A stretch of 64,000 nucleotides of DNA, taken from positions 7,756-71,755 of the forward strand of contig JAFOTD010000056.1 in assembly GCA_017388175.1 (NCBI GenBank), read 5' to 3'. Shown piece after piece: positions 9,352-18,504 of this stretch. Position numbers and translations under genes: made by a program. This DNA is from Clostridia bacterium. Its GTDB lineage: Bacteria; Bacillota; Clostridia; Christensenellales; CAG-138. Position 1 is the stretch's first letter. The number at the start of each line of letters is the position of its first letter. The notes under the pieces were generated by a model. It was not told the origin of the DNA, did not search any database, and was given only the letters and a program-made list of their open reading frames with translations.

Positions 9352-9378
9352 GGGAGGGTTTTTTAACCCTCCTATTTT
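9352..9378 (+). terminator. Terminator after the GGGtGRT gene
   Basis: ggagggtt-tttt-aaccctcc followed by tatttt. Confidence 0.7.
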
Positions 9379-9392
9379 ATGGAGCAAAGACA

Positions 9393-10193
9393 ATGGCTTC
9401 AACGTCAAAATGTGAATTCTGCGGCGGAACGGTCGGCAGCGACGAACAGAATTGTCCGCACTGCGGCGCGTCGAATCCGAACTACGTTGTTGATACGCCG
9501 CGGCAGATCTTTCTGCCGAAAACGATCGATGAGCTTAAGGAATACTGCGCGGAGCGCGGCATGCCGCTTCTTCGCATGCGCTTTTTCATCGGCGAGGATT
9601 TCAGGGAACCGAGAGCGTTCGGGATTTTTCGGGACGGCGATCAATTCGTCGTATACAAGAACAAATCCGACGGCTCGCGCGCGATCCGATATCAGGGACC
9701 GGACGAAGCGTACGCGGTAAACGAGCTTTTCCAGAAGCTTCTGTCTGAGTGTCACAACCGCGGCATTTACCCGGACGGCAAACCGGACGGCGTGACGAGA
9801 TCCGCATCCTCGGGCAGGGGATCAAAGAAAAATCGGACCTTTCTTCTTGCCATGCTCTTTATTTTGGGCATTGTGCTGTTTGCTTCGATCTGGAGCTGCA
9901 GCAAGCATGCAAACGATGGGTATTACCGCTTTTCCGACAGCATTCTCTGGTATCGCTACGGAAACGATTGGTACTATACAGATTCCGACGGCGGCACGTC
10001 ATGGTATTCCGGCGATCCGGACGTTTCGGATTACAAGGATTACTACGCCGGCGACGACTACGATTCCGATTGGGGCGGCTCGAACTTCCGTGATTCCGCG
10101 CAGTGGGAATCCATCCAGTCGGACAATTCGTCCTCATCCTCGGACTATGACAGCTGGGACAGCGGCGGAACCGACTGGGATTCCGATTGGTAA
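9393..10193 (+). CDS. Hypothetical membrane protein: zinc ribbon, globular domain, TM helix, D/S/W/Y-rich tail
   Basis: CEFC...CPHC; hydrophobic stretch FLLAMLFILGIVLFASIW; ends DSWDSGGTDWDSDW. Confidence 0.75.
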   Translation: MASTSKCEFCGGTVGSDEQNCPHCGASNPNYVVDTPRQIFLPKTIDELKEYCAERGMPLLRMRFFIGEDFREPRAFGIFRDGDQFVVYKNKSDGSRAIRYQGPDEAYAVNELFQKLLSECHNRGIYPDGKPDGVTRSASSGRGSKKNRTFLLAMLFILGIVLFASIWSCSKHANDGYYRFSDSILWYRYGNDWYYTDSDGGTSWYSGDPDVSDYKDYYAGDDYDSDWGGSNFRDSAQWESIQSDNSSSSSDYDSWDSGGTDWDSDW

Positions 10194-10210
10194 AACGAAA
10201 GAGAGAAACT

Positions 10211-11242
10211 ATGAAACAGCATCGCTTCGGACCCGGTCCGCTCCTGAACGGACAGGGGAATCTCTGTGAACCCGGCTTTTCGACCGCGCTGACAAAATCG
10301 TACGACCGCGGCGCGATCCGGGCTTCAAAGCTTCGCATCAAGGAATGGGACTACTATCTCATCACGAACGAGCGTTACGGCGTCGCGCTCACGATCGACG
10401 ACAACGGGTATATGGGCATGTTGTCCGCTTCCGTGATCGATTTTGCAAACCGCTCGGAAACGACCGTTTCGCCGATGTTCTGGTTCCCGATGGGAAAGAC
10501 GGCTCTGCCCGCGTCCTCAAAAACGGGCGACGTAAAGAAAACGCTGAAAATCGCCGAAGGAGCGTTTGAACACACAAAGGACGGAAGAAAGCTGTCGTTT
10601 CGCATCGACCGGTTTTCCGACGGAAAGCCATTCTCCTGCGAGATCCTTTTATCGGATGAGCCGAAGGACTCCATGGTCATCGCCACGCCGTTTATGAAGC
10701 GCGGACATTTCTATTACAATCAAAAGATCGTCGGCATGCGCGCAAAGGGATCGTTTTCGATCGGAAACGAAACGACAATGTTCGATCCCGAAACGACGTT
10801 CGGCCTTCTCGATTGGGGCAGAGGCGTCTGGACTTACAAAAACACATGGTACTGGAGTGCGGCGCAGGGAATTGTTGACGGACACAGGTTCGGGTTCAAT
10901 CTCGGGTACGGGTTCGGCGATACGTCGGCGGCGAGCGAAAATATGCTGTTCTTTGACGGCACTGCGCATAAGCTTTCACGCGTAGATTTCGGCATTCCGA
11001 AAAAGAACGACGGATCCGACGACCTGCTCTCGCCGTGGCATTTTACCGACGACGAGGGGCGGCTCGATCTGGTCTTTACGCCGATTCTGGATCGCGCTTC
11101 GGATACGAACGCGATCGTGATCCGCTCCGATCAGCATCAGGTTTTCGGACGGTTTACCGGCAGCGCCGTGCTCGACGACGGAAGTATAGTGCCGATCGAA
11201 AACCTGCCCGGTTTTGCGGAAAAAGTGTTCAACAAGTGGTGA
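10211..11242 (+). CDS. DUF2804 family protein
   Basis: RIKEWDYY, FYYNQKI, LDWGRGVW.Y.NTWYW, GFNLGYGFGDTSAASEN, SDQHQVFG.F.G, GFAEKV.NKW. Confidence 0.85.
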   Translation: MKQHRFGPGPLLNGQGNLCEPGFSTALTKSYDRGAIRASKLRIKEWDYYLITNERYGVALTIDDNGYMGMLSASVIDFANRSETTVSPMFWFPMGKTALPASSKTGDVKKTLKIAEGAFEHTKDGRKLSFRIDRFSDGKPFSCEILLSDEPKDSMVIATPFMKRGHFYYNQKIVGMRAKGSFSIGNETTMFDPETTFGLLDWGRGVWTYKNTWYWSAAQGIVDGHRFGFNLGYGFGDTSAASENMLFFDGTAHKLSRVDFGIPKKNDGSDDLLSPWHFTDDEGRLDLVFTPILDRASDTNAIVIRSDQHQVFGRFTGSAVLDDGSIVPIENLPGFAEKVFNKW

Positions 11243-11303
11243 TTGACTTGAATGATTCACCGTCGGTCCTCCTCTTCACATAGAATGAAGGGGAGGATTT
11301 TTT

Positions 11304-12008
11304 ATGGAAGCATCGGAATTTACGGAATACCTGAAGGAACAGGTCAGAAATCACAGCATCTACGTTTGGGGCGCGCAAGGGCAGAAGAAGCCGACGATCA
11401 CGGAGGAATGGATCCGAAAGCGCGAAAAAACAAAGAGGAACGCGGATCGGGCGATTGCGCATTGGAAGAAAGAAGTTCGCGAAGGGTACGGCGACGTGCT
11501 GCGCGCGTTCGACTGCTCGGGACTTGGCGCGTACTTTTTTTTGAAGCACGATCTGATCGACCACGACGTGAACGCCGAAGGGCTGAGAAAGATGTGCAGC
11601 CCGATCACGCGAAGCGAGGTGCGTGAAGGCGATATGGCGTTTCGGATCAGCGGCGGCCGCGCCGTGCACGTCGGGTATGCCGTTGCAAAAGACCTGTTGA
11701 TCGAGGCAAAGGGGCGCGACGTAGGCGTCGTGGAAAGTAAAATCAGCGGATGGGACCGGTTCGGAAGGCCGCCGTTTTTTTCCTCGCGCATTCTGAAACT
11801 GAGAAACCCGTATATGCGGGGAGAGGATGTCAGACGGCTGCAGCTTGCGTTGAAAGAGCAGGGATATGATCCGGGACAGACCGACGGCATTTACGGAAAG
11901 AAAACGGAGCGCGCGGTAAAACGCTTTCAGCGCGCAAACGGGCTCAAAGCGGACGGGATCGCCGGGAAACAAACGCAGTTTGCGCTTGGTCTTTCGTTTT
12001 CGGATTAG
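11304..12008 (+). CDS. NlpC/P60-like cell-wall hydrolase with C-terminal peptidoglycan-binding domain
   Basis: YVWGAQG, AFDCSGL (catalytic Cys), HVG, EAKGRD.GVV; PG_binding_1 motif G.DV..LQ..L...GY.PG..DG.YG..TE.AV..FQ..NGL.ADGIAG. Confidence 0.85.
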   Translation: MEASEFTEYLKEQVRNHSIYVWGAQGQKKPTITEEWIRKREKTKRNADRAIAHWKKEVREGYGDVLRAFDCSGLGAYFFLKHDLIDHDVNAEGLRKMCSPITRSEVREGDMAFRISGGRAVHVGYAVAKDLLIEAKGRDVGVVESKISGWDRFGRPPFFSSRILKLRNPYMRGEDVRRLQLALKEQGYDPGQTDGIYGKKTERAVKRFQRANGLKADGIAGKQTQFALGLSFSD

Positions 12009-13396
12009 CAGTGCGGACCGCAGCCGAACAGATTCCATGACCATTCGGAATCGGGCTTATCGGTCGTAATCGGAATCATTTCGGTCGGAGAGGCGCCGTC
12101 AGAGGAAGGGCGGGGCGAGGGCGTTTCATCGGTTATAACGTACGTCGGCACTTCGGTCGGAGCGGGCGTAGGAGGATAGGTGTATTCCTCCACGATCAGG
12201 TCTCCGGTAAAAACGACCGTACCCGAAACGGTAATAACGGCTGTGCCGGCTTTTGTGCCGACAGCCGCATTCGGGAGGTCGATCGTATAGGTGATCAGAT
12301 CACCGGGAAACGGATCAAGCTGAAAAACGTCCGCCTGCCACCGCAGCAGGGTGAGCGATTCCGTCCGGTCCCATTCGATTCTGTAGAGCGCTTCCGTGGC
12401 GTAGGAAACGGCGGGATCGGGCCGAACGGCATAGGATTCCGGAAGGCATCGTTCGATCAGACTCTTTGCGTCGACCGTTACGGTGTCGTGTGCAAAAACG
12501 TATTCGAACAGGTCGATTGCGTCGAGAAAACGCTGCGCGGCGTATTTGTCTTTTGCGCGTCCTTTCGTGCCGGAAGGCGCTTCTTCACCGTGCAAAAGCA
12601 CAAGAATATAGGTGGTATCGTTCCTGCGCGCGGCGGCGACGAGGCATTTTCCTGCAAGATGTGTATCGCCGGTTTTGACCCCGATCGCATACGGATACAG
12701 GCAGGAATACGGTGTATATCCGCTGACGACGACGTCGCGCAGCAGACGGTTGGATGAACGCAGTTCGATCTTTCTGCCGTCTTCCGATTTTGCCGTATAT
12801 TCGGCGGAAGCGACGATTTCGCGGAACGTCTCGTTTTCCATCGCGTACGCGGTCAGAAGAGCCATATCGCGAGCCGTCGTATAGTGGTCGGAATTATGCA
12901 GGCCGTGCGGGTTCAGAAAGTGCGAATGCTCCATGCCGAGCTGCTTCGCTTTTGCGTTCATCAGATCGGCAAATCCAGAAATGCTTCCGCCGACGTGTTC
13001 CGCGATCGCGATGGCCGCGTCGTTGCCGGAGGGCAGCATCAGCCCGTAAAGAAGATCAATCATCGGATACTGCTCTCCGGCTTTCAGTCCCATTTTGGAA
13101 TTGCGCGCGGAGAGGTTGACGGCACGTTTGCCGACGGTCACCATTTCATAAGGGTCGCATCTTTCAAGCGCGATGATACACGTCATGATCTTGGTCGTGC
13201 TCGCAGGGTAACGCTTTTTGTCCGCGTTTCGTTCAAGACCTAAAACAGCGTGATACGGATCATCGAGCGTTGCCAAAAATACGGTGTCCTCTGCGAGCGC
13301 TTTGAGATCGAATTCTGTCGAATCCTTTGATTCGGCCGATCCGCGGACCGGCAGCAGAAGAATACTCAAAAGCAGGCAGAGGACAATTCTTTTCAT
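12005..13396 (-). CDS. D-alanyl-D-alanine carboxypeptidase (S11), paralog 2
   Basis: Signal peptide; PASTTK (SxxK), SGNDAA (SxN), GVKTG; Pro/Thr-rich C-terminus. Confidence 0.9.
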   Translation of the reverse strand: MKRIVLCLLLSILLLPVRGSAESKDSTEFDLKALAEDTVFLATLDDPYHAVLGLERNADKKRYPASTTKIMTCIIALERCDPYEMVTVGKRAVNLSARNSKMGLKAGEQYPMIDLLYGLMLPSGNDAAIAIAEHVGGSISGFADLMNAKAKQLGMEHSHFLNPHGLHNSDHYTTARDMALLTAYAMENETFREIVASAEYTAKSEDGRKIELRSSNRLLRDVVVSGYTPYSCLYPYAIGVKTGDTHLAGKCLVAAARRNDTTYILVLLHGEEAPSGTKGRAKDKYAAQRFLDAIDLFEYVFAHDTVTVDAKSLIERCLPESYAVRPDPAVSYATEALYRIEWDRTESLTLLRWQADVFQLDPFPGDLITYTIDLPNAAVGTKAGTAVITVSGTVVFTGDLIVEEYTYPPTPAPTEVPTYVITDETPSPRPSSDGASPTEMIPITTDKPDSEWSWNLFGCGPHC

Positions 13397-13405
13397 GATC
13401 GCTCC

Positions 13406-14992
13406 TTACCGGCGTTCGCCGTACTGCGAGGCTTCCCGCGCTCTGCGTCTTGCGGCGCGGCGGCGCGCGGCTTCTCTGCGCTTTTTCTCCGCTCTGAGAT
13501 AGAGCAGGAACAAAACGACGCAAACAATCAGCAGCACGATCAGCACAATCAGCACGATCCAGAACCAGGCGCTCGAAGAAGGTGCGGTTCCCGAGCCGTC
13601 ATTGACCGGTACGCCGTCGATCAGGGAAGAGTCGTTTTCGCCGCCGATCAGGTTGGTGACAGGAGCGTTCGCGTTGTCCGACGCGATCGGAACGACTTCG
13701 CTGACGGAGGTGCCTTCCTTGACGCTGCGTGTGGAGATCAGAGGCGCTTCGGCAATCGTCTTTCTATTGTATGAATAGGTTACGCTTCCGATCTGATCGC
13801 CTTCCACGATCGGGGCATACATACTGGTAAAGGTCGGATTGACTTCAATCTTGAGGTCGGAGATTTTACCGTCCGGATTCGGCTGCATCAGGGTGAGGGT
13901 TGTGTCCAAAGAAAGCTCGGCGCGCGCTTTGAGCGTACCGCCCTGAGAGTCGTCCTCGGAGGCGTTTGCAATCTGTACTTCGAATTCGACGGGCATGCCG
14001 TTGTTGACAAGCTCGGAAATGCTGACCGTTTTGACCATGTCCTGATAGACGGCGTCAAATAAGAGCGCGGCGTCCTGAAACCGCCTTGCATTGAATCGGT
14101 CCTTGCGGGCGTCGGTCCAGCCGGGATTGTATTCGGGATCGTCCAGCGTTCCGCCGTAGAGCACGGCAATCAGCGTAACGCCGTCACGCTCCGCGGCAGC
14201 GATCAGGCATTTGCCCGCGGCATTCGTATCACCGGTCTTAATCCCGATCGCGTCCGCGTACAGACAGGAGATCGGGTTCGGAAAATCTTCGGTCGGCGGG
14301 GTATTCACGAGCAGTCGATTTGAATTGACGAAGGAAAGCGGGCGGGAACCGGAGCTCGCGGTATATTCTTTCGTCCCGACGATCTTGCGAAATGCCTCTT
14401 TTTTCTCGCTCTTGTTCAGCGCATACGCGGTCAGCAGAGCCATGTCGCGGACCGTTGTATAATGGTTATCGTTCTGCTTGCCGTGCACGGTCACAAAATG
14501 CGAATGCGTCATGCCGAGCGATTTCGCTTTCTCATTCATCTTATCCGCAAACTGTTCGGTGCTGCCGGCGATGTGCTCCGCAATCGCGATCGCGGCATCG
14601 TTGCCGGAAGGGAGCATCATGCCGTAGAGAAGGTCGCGCAGCGTATACTGATCGCCCTCTTCAAGACCCATCAGCGAATTGCCGCGTCCGAAGTCGACCG
14701 CCTTCGCGGAGACGGTTACCATATCGTCGAGATTGCCTTCTTCAAGCGCGATGATGCAGGTCAAAACTTTCGTCGTGCTGGCGGGAAAGACCTGCTTGTC
14801 CGCTTCGCGCTCAAGGCCGCGGTAGGATTTGGTCGGATTCGACGCATCTACCAGAATAAAGTACGGCTCATAGACCGAATTGATCAGGGAATTGACGTCA
14901 AACGCGTCGGCGCTTGCTTCGGATGTACGAAAAACAAATGCGGCACAAACGAATAGAAGCGCAGCAAAAACAAGGGATATGATTCTCTTCAT
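13406..14992 (-). CDS. D-alanyl-D-alanine carboxypeptidase (S11), paralog 1, with C-terminal TM anchor
   Basis: Signal peptide; PASTTK, SGNDAA, GIKTG; C-terminal hydrophobic helix plus Arg-rich tail. Confidence 0.9.
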   Translation of the reverse strand: MKRIISLVFAALLFVCAAFVFRTSEASADAFDVNSLINSVYEPYFILVDASNPTKSYRGLEREADKQVFPASTTKVLTCIIALEEGNLDDMVTVSAKAVDFGRGNSLMGLEEGDQYTLRDLLYGMMLPSGNDAAIAIAEHIAGSTEQFADKMNEKAKSLGMTHSHFVTVHGKQNDNHYTTVRDMALLTAYALNKSEKKEAFRKIVGTKEYTASSGSRPLSFVNSNRLLVNTPPTEDFPNPISCLYADAIGIKTGDTNAAGKCLIAAAERDGVTLIAVLYGGTLDDPEYNPGWTDARKDRFNARRFQDAALLFDAVYQDMVKTVSISELVNNGMPVEFEVQIANASEDDSQGGTLKARAELSLDTTLTLMQPNPDGKISDLKIEVNPTFTSMYAPIVEGDQIGSVTYSYNRKTIAEAPLISTRSVKEGTSVSEVVPIASDNANAPVTNLIGGENDSSLIDGVPVNDGSGTAPSSSAWFWIVLIVLIVLLIVCVVLFLLYLRAEKKRREAARRRAARRRAREASQYGERR

Positions 14993-15099
14993 AATTTATA
15001 CAAACCTTTCGGAAACAATCGAATTCTATAAACAGTTTAATGAGATTGTTTGTGCTTGTCAATGCATAAAACTGTTGAAAAAGTGTGAATCAGCAGGAT

Positions 15100-15576
15100 T
15101 TAAGATTTGTTCATAAAAAGCAGTTCGGCGCGGAAAGAACCGTCATCAAGCTCCAAAACCGCCATGCTTGGCCCTTTTGCTGTACGGGGGCGGGAAAGAC
15201 TGCCGGGGTTCAGCATCAGAATGCCGTCGACCGTTTCCATCGACGGAACGTGCGAGTGCCCGAACAAAACCGCATCTGCGTTTTCCTGCTTTGCGGCGTA
15301 CAGAAGCGCAAGCCGACCTGCAACCCTGTGTCCGTGCAGAAGCAGAATCCGGCGATTGTGCCATTCAACCGTATAGGAAAGCGGCGCGTCGGAAAACGGA
15401 TCACAGTTTCCGCGTACGGCAACGAACCCGCAGTTCAGAAGATTGCAGAGCGGCAGCGCGTCTTCGACATGGTCGCCGAGATGGTATAACGCGTCTACGT
15501 GTCCGATGCGAGGCAAAAAGCCGCGAATGTTTTCGATATTACCGTGTGAATCAGAGACGACTGCGATTCTCGGCAT
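15100..15576 (-). CDS. Metallophosphoesterase (YfcE/MJ0936 family)
   Basis: SDSHG, HLGD, VRGNCD, LHGH, FGHSH, NPGSL..PR. Confidence 0.92.
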   Translation of the reverse strand: MPRIAVVSDSHGNIENIRGFLPRIGHVDALYHLGDHVEDALPLCNLLNCGFVAVRGNCDPFSDAPLSYTVEWHNRRILLLHGHRVAGRLALLYAAKQENADAVLFGHSHVPSMETVDGILMLNPGSLSRPRTAKGPSMAVLELDDGSFRAELLFMNKS

Positions 15577-16159
15577 CGAGCGCCTCCCGCAGCTTTATCA
15601 ACGCGCGTTTTCTGTGACTGACGGCGTTTTTTTCGTCGGAGGAAAGCTCGGCAAAGCTCTTCCGAAACGGTGCATAATAGAAATATGGATCGTATCCGAA
15701 CCCGTTTTTTCCTCGGGATTCATGCAGGATCGTGCCTTCGACTTCGCCCTGTACGATGATCGGGTCCATGCCTGCTCTCGCAAGCGCAACACAGCAGCAG
15801 AACCGCGCGGTGCGCCGTTCGTCGGGAACGTCCTTTAAAAGCGCGATCAGCTTTTGATTGTTCGCCGCGTCGTTGTGCGCCTCGGCAAAGCGCGCGGAAT
15901 ATACGCCCGGAGCGCCGTTTAAAGCATCGACGCAGAGTCCGCTGTCATCGGCGAGCACCGCGTCGAATCTGCCCGATGCGAAAGCGAGCGTTTCCACCGC
16001 TTTTTTCAGCGCGTTTTCGGAAAACGTTGATCCGTCTTCCTCGACTTCGAGATCGATTCCGGCCTCGCGCATCGTCGAGATCTCGGCGTACGAATCGCTT
16101 AAAATCTCACGGATCTCCTGCGCCTTGTGTGCGTTATTGGTTGCAAGCAAAAGTTTCAT
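15551..16159 (-). CDS. rdgB: Non-canonical purine NTP pyrophosphatase (RdgB/HAM1)
   Basis: ATNNAHKAQE, ADDSGL.VDALNGAPGVYSARF, GFGYDP, EKNAVSHR. Confidence 0.95.
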   Translation of the reverse strand: MKLLLATNNAHKAQEIREILSDSYAEISTMREAGIDLEVEEDGSTFSENALKKAVETLAFASGRFDAVLADDSGLCVDALNGAPGVYSARFAEAHNDAANNQKLIALLKDVPDERRTARFCCCVALARAGMDPIIVQGEVEGTILHESRGKNGFGYDPYFYYAPFRKSFAELSSDEKNAVSHRKRALIKLREALDAENRSRL

Positions 16160-17841
16160 TTGTCCTCCTCGATACGGTACGGCGCGATCTCTTCGAGAGA
16201 CGGCGTCACGTACAGCGTGTGCTGATGAAAATAATTCACGAACCCCGGACGTGCGCCGGAAGGTTTCTTAACGTATTTGACCTGCGTATAATCGACAGGA
16301 ACATTCTCGGAAGCGGACGCGCCGCTGTGGTACGCGCCGATGACGGCGGCAATGTTCAGATCCTCGCGGGTCGGGTTTTCGGTTTGCAGAACGACGTGCG
16401 ATGCGGGAACGCCCTTTGCGTGCAGCCAGATCGCATTCGGTTCGGACGAGCGCACGAGCTGTTCGTTCTGGAGATTGTTCTTTCCGACAAGGATATCGAC
16501 GCCGGAGGGTGTGCGGTAATGCAGAGGACGGCTTTTCACGCTTGAAGGCGCTTTGCGTTCGGCCGGCGATTCCCGGATATACCGCTGGCGGATCAGCTCG
16601 TCGCGAATCTCGGAAAGTTCCTCCCGCGAGGTGCAGGCGGAAACGTTGAGGAGCTGCCCCTTGAGATAATCGAGCTCCGCGTTCAGCGCGTCAACCTGTT
16701 CGAGCGCATAAGCGCGCGCGGCCTTGTTTTTCCGGTATCGCTTAAAATACCGCTGCGCGTTATCGGCGACGGAATACTTGCTGTCAAGCGGGATCTCGAC
16801 GGTGTCGACAGGATCGGCATAATAGTTCGTCACGGAAACGGATTTCCTTCCGGCCGGTACGCTCCGGCAGGTCAGAAGAAGCTCGCCGTAAAGACGATCC
16901 TTTTCAATCTGATCTGCGTTGCCGATCGTCTTCATACATTCCGAAAGCTTCTTTTCGGTGCGTTTTTCCGCATGATCGAGCACACTTTTCAAAGAAGTAC
17001 GCAGCTTCGTTAAAATGGCCTGCTCATCTCGCTGACGGTAGAACGCGTCCTGCGCTTCGTTGACGGAAGGGAAGGGGATGAACGCGACATTTTTCGGACG
17101 GAACGGCAGAACACCGCTTCCCGGAATCATGCTCGGTTCGAACGCGCCGTTTTTCAGAGCTTGAAAGACCGAAAAGATCTCCGACCCGATGCGGGCAGGG
17201 GGCGTATCGTCCGAAACGATCTCCTGCGCGCAAAGCCGCGATACGCCGTGAAAAGTGTCCGAAAGCCAAAGACGCGGTCTGCGTCCGTCCGCCAGTTTCG
17301 TAAGCGATTCTTCCGTTGCGGAAAACGGATCAAGTTTCTCCGCTTCGGGCGGATTCTCATACAGCATGTTCGGGAGACAGATGCGCGCCGCGTTCTCGTC
17401 CAGGCCGAAGTGACGCAGACAGTCGATGATGCAATCGCCTTCATCGAGCAGAAACAGATTCCCGTGACGGCCCATCAGCTCGACGACGAGTTTCAACTGC
17501 ACAGCGTCAAACAGTTCGTTTCTTCCGGAAAGCGAGAAAACGGCAATGCGGTTCAGACCGGGCTGTGTGATCGAAAGAATCCGGCAGCCGATCAGATACT
17601 TTCGCAGCAGCATGCAGAATGCCGGCGCGACTTCGGGGTTTTCGAAGTTTTTTGAAACCGTCTGGATGCGGCCGTTTTCGGCATGCACGTTCAGCATCAG
17701 CTTTACGCGCCCGGCGTCCGATCCGTGCATGTGCAAAATGATAAAGTCCTTGTTCGGCTGCTGAACCTTATCGATCCGGCCGCCGACCAAAGGCTGCAAT
17801 TCGCGTATGCAAGTATAAAGTGTCAATCCATCCGTAGCCAT
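16156..17841 (-). CDS. rqcH: NFACT/FbpA family ribosome quality control protein RqcH
   Basis: M.TDG start, GGRIDKVQQP, FCMLLRK.L, ELMGRHGN, NAQRYFKRY.K, VGKNNLQNE.L, WLHAK..P.SHV, VDYT..KYVKKPSGARPGFV.Y. Confidence 0.92.
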   Translation of the reverse strand: MATDGLTLYTCIRELQPLVGGRIDKVQQPNKDFIILHMHGSDAGRVKLMLNVHAENGRIQTVSKNFENPEVAPAFCMLLRKYLIGCRILSITQPGLNRIAVFSLSGRNELFDAVQLKLVVELMGRHGNLFLLDEGDCIIDCLRHFGLDENAARICLPNMLYENPPEAEKLDPFSATEESLTKLADGRRPRLWLSDTFHGVSRLCAQEIVSDDTPPARIGSEIFSVFQALKNGAFEPSMIPGSGVLPFRPKNVAFIPFPSVNEAQDAFYRQRDEQAILTKLRTSLKSVLDHAEKRTEKKLSECMKTIGNADQIEKDRLYGELLLTCRSVPAGRKSVSVTNYYADPVDTVEIPLDSKYSVADNAQRYFKRYRKNKAARAYALEQVDALNAELDYLKGQLLNVSACTSREELSEIRDELIRQRYIRESPAERKAPSSVKSRPLHYRTPSGVDILVGKNNLQNEQLVRSSEPNAIWLHAKGVPASHVVLQTENPTREDLNIAAVIGAYHSGASASENVPVDYTQVKYVKKPSGARPGFVNYFHQHTLYVTPSLEEIAPYRIEEDK

Positions 17842-17897
17842 AATGTTACCCTGCCTACATTTTATACGCCCCAAAGCAGGATTGCAAGAGGGGCTCA

Positions 17898-17927
17898 GAA
17901 AAAGAAAAGCGCCCGAAACGGACGCTT
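17898..17927 (-). terminator. Terminator after rpsT
   Basis: aagcgcccg-aaa-cggacgctt hairpin with an A run on + (U tract on -). Confidence 0.7.
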
Positions 17928-17949
17928 GATCGAATGCGAATACCGGGGA

Positions 17950-18216
17950 TCAGTTGTTAGCAGCTTCGCGCTTCTTTGCCAACTGTGCCTTTTTACGGTC
18001 TGCTGCGTTCTTATGAATGACGCCCTTCGCGGCAGACTGGTCAACGGTCTTGACAGCCGCGAGGTAAGCCGTTTCGGCAGCTTCCTTATCGCCGGACTTC
18101 AGCGCTTCGTCATAACGGCGCATTGCCGTCTTGAGAGCAGACTTGTCCATGCGATTTCTGAGGTTTTCACCAACGGAAGTCTTCGCACGCTTCATAGCGG
18201 ACTTGATGTTTGCCAA
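17950..18216 (-). CDS. rpsT: 30S ribosomal protein S20
   Basis: ANIKSAMKRAK...KGVIHKNAADRKKAQL; TTG start with GGGGGTG RBS. Confidence 0.97.
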   Translation of the reverse strand: MANIKSAMKRAKTSVGENLRNRMDKSALKTAMRRYDEALKSGDKEAAETAYLAAVKTVDQSAAKGVIHKNAADRKKAQLAKKREAANN

Positions 18217-18273
18217 AGCATTTCACCCCCTGTAAGATTTGTCCGATCGCTTTTCTCAATACGGACGGAGGAT

Positions 18274-18302
18274 ATTCTAACACAACTGAATCCACAATGC
18301 AA
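18274..18302 (-). promoter_or_regulatory. SigA-type promoter of rpsT
   Basis: - strand TTGCAT-17 nt-TAGAAT with extended TG. Confidence 0.75.
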
Positions 18303-18504
18303 GGATTATTTTTGCAATTTTTCACCTTTTTTCAGAATATACCGTTCTTTTAACACGGTTGATGACGTTTTCGTATGTTTGAATCCATTCGCGCGTATAC
18401 TTCATCTGTAGTTTTTGTGAAGCGGGACGAATGCCTTCTGTATCTTTGAAAGGACGAATTTTCAGGGAACATCAGAAGTTCACAACTTCGTTGCAATTCA
18501 CCGA

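Noticed and set aside
11304-12008. Prophage remnant around the lysin-like gene
   Set aside because: No holin, structural, integrase or att features; the flanking genes are ordinary chromosomal genes.
18303-18504. Possible sRNA or tRNA in the rpsT-groES intergenic region
   Set aside because: No cloverleaf, terminator or recognisable RNA motif; consistent with upstream promoter DNA.
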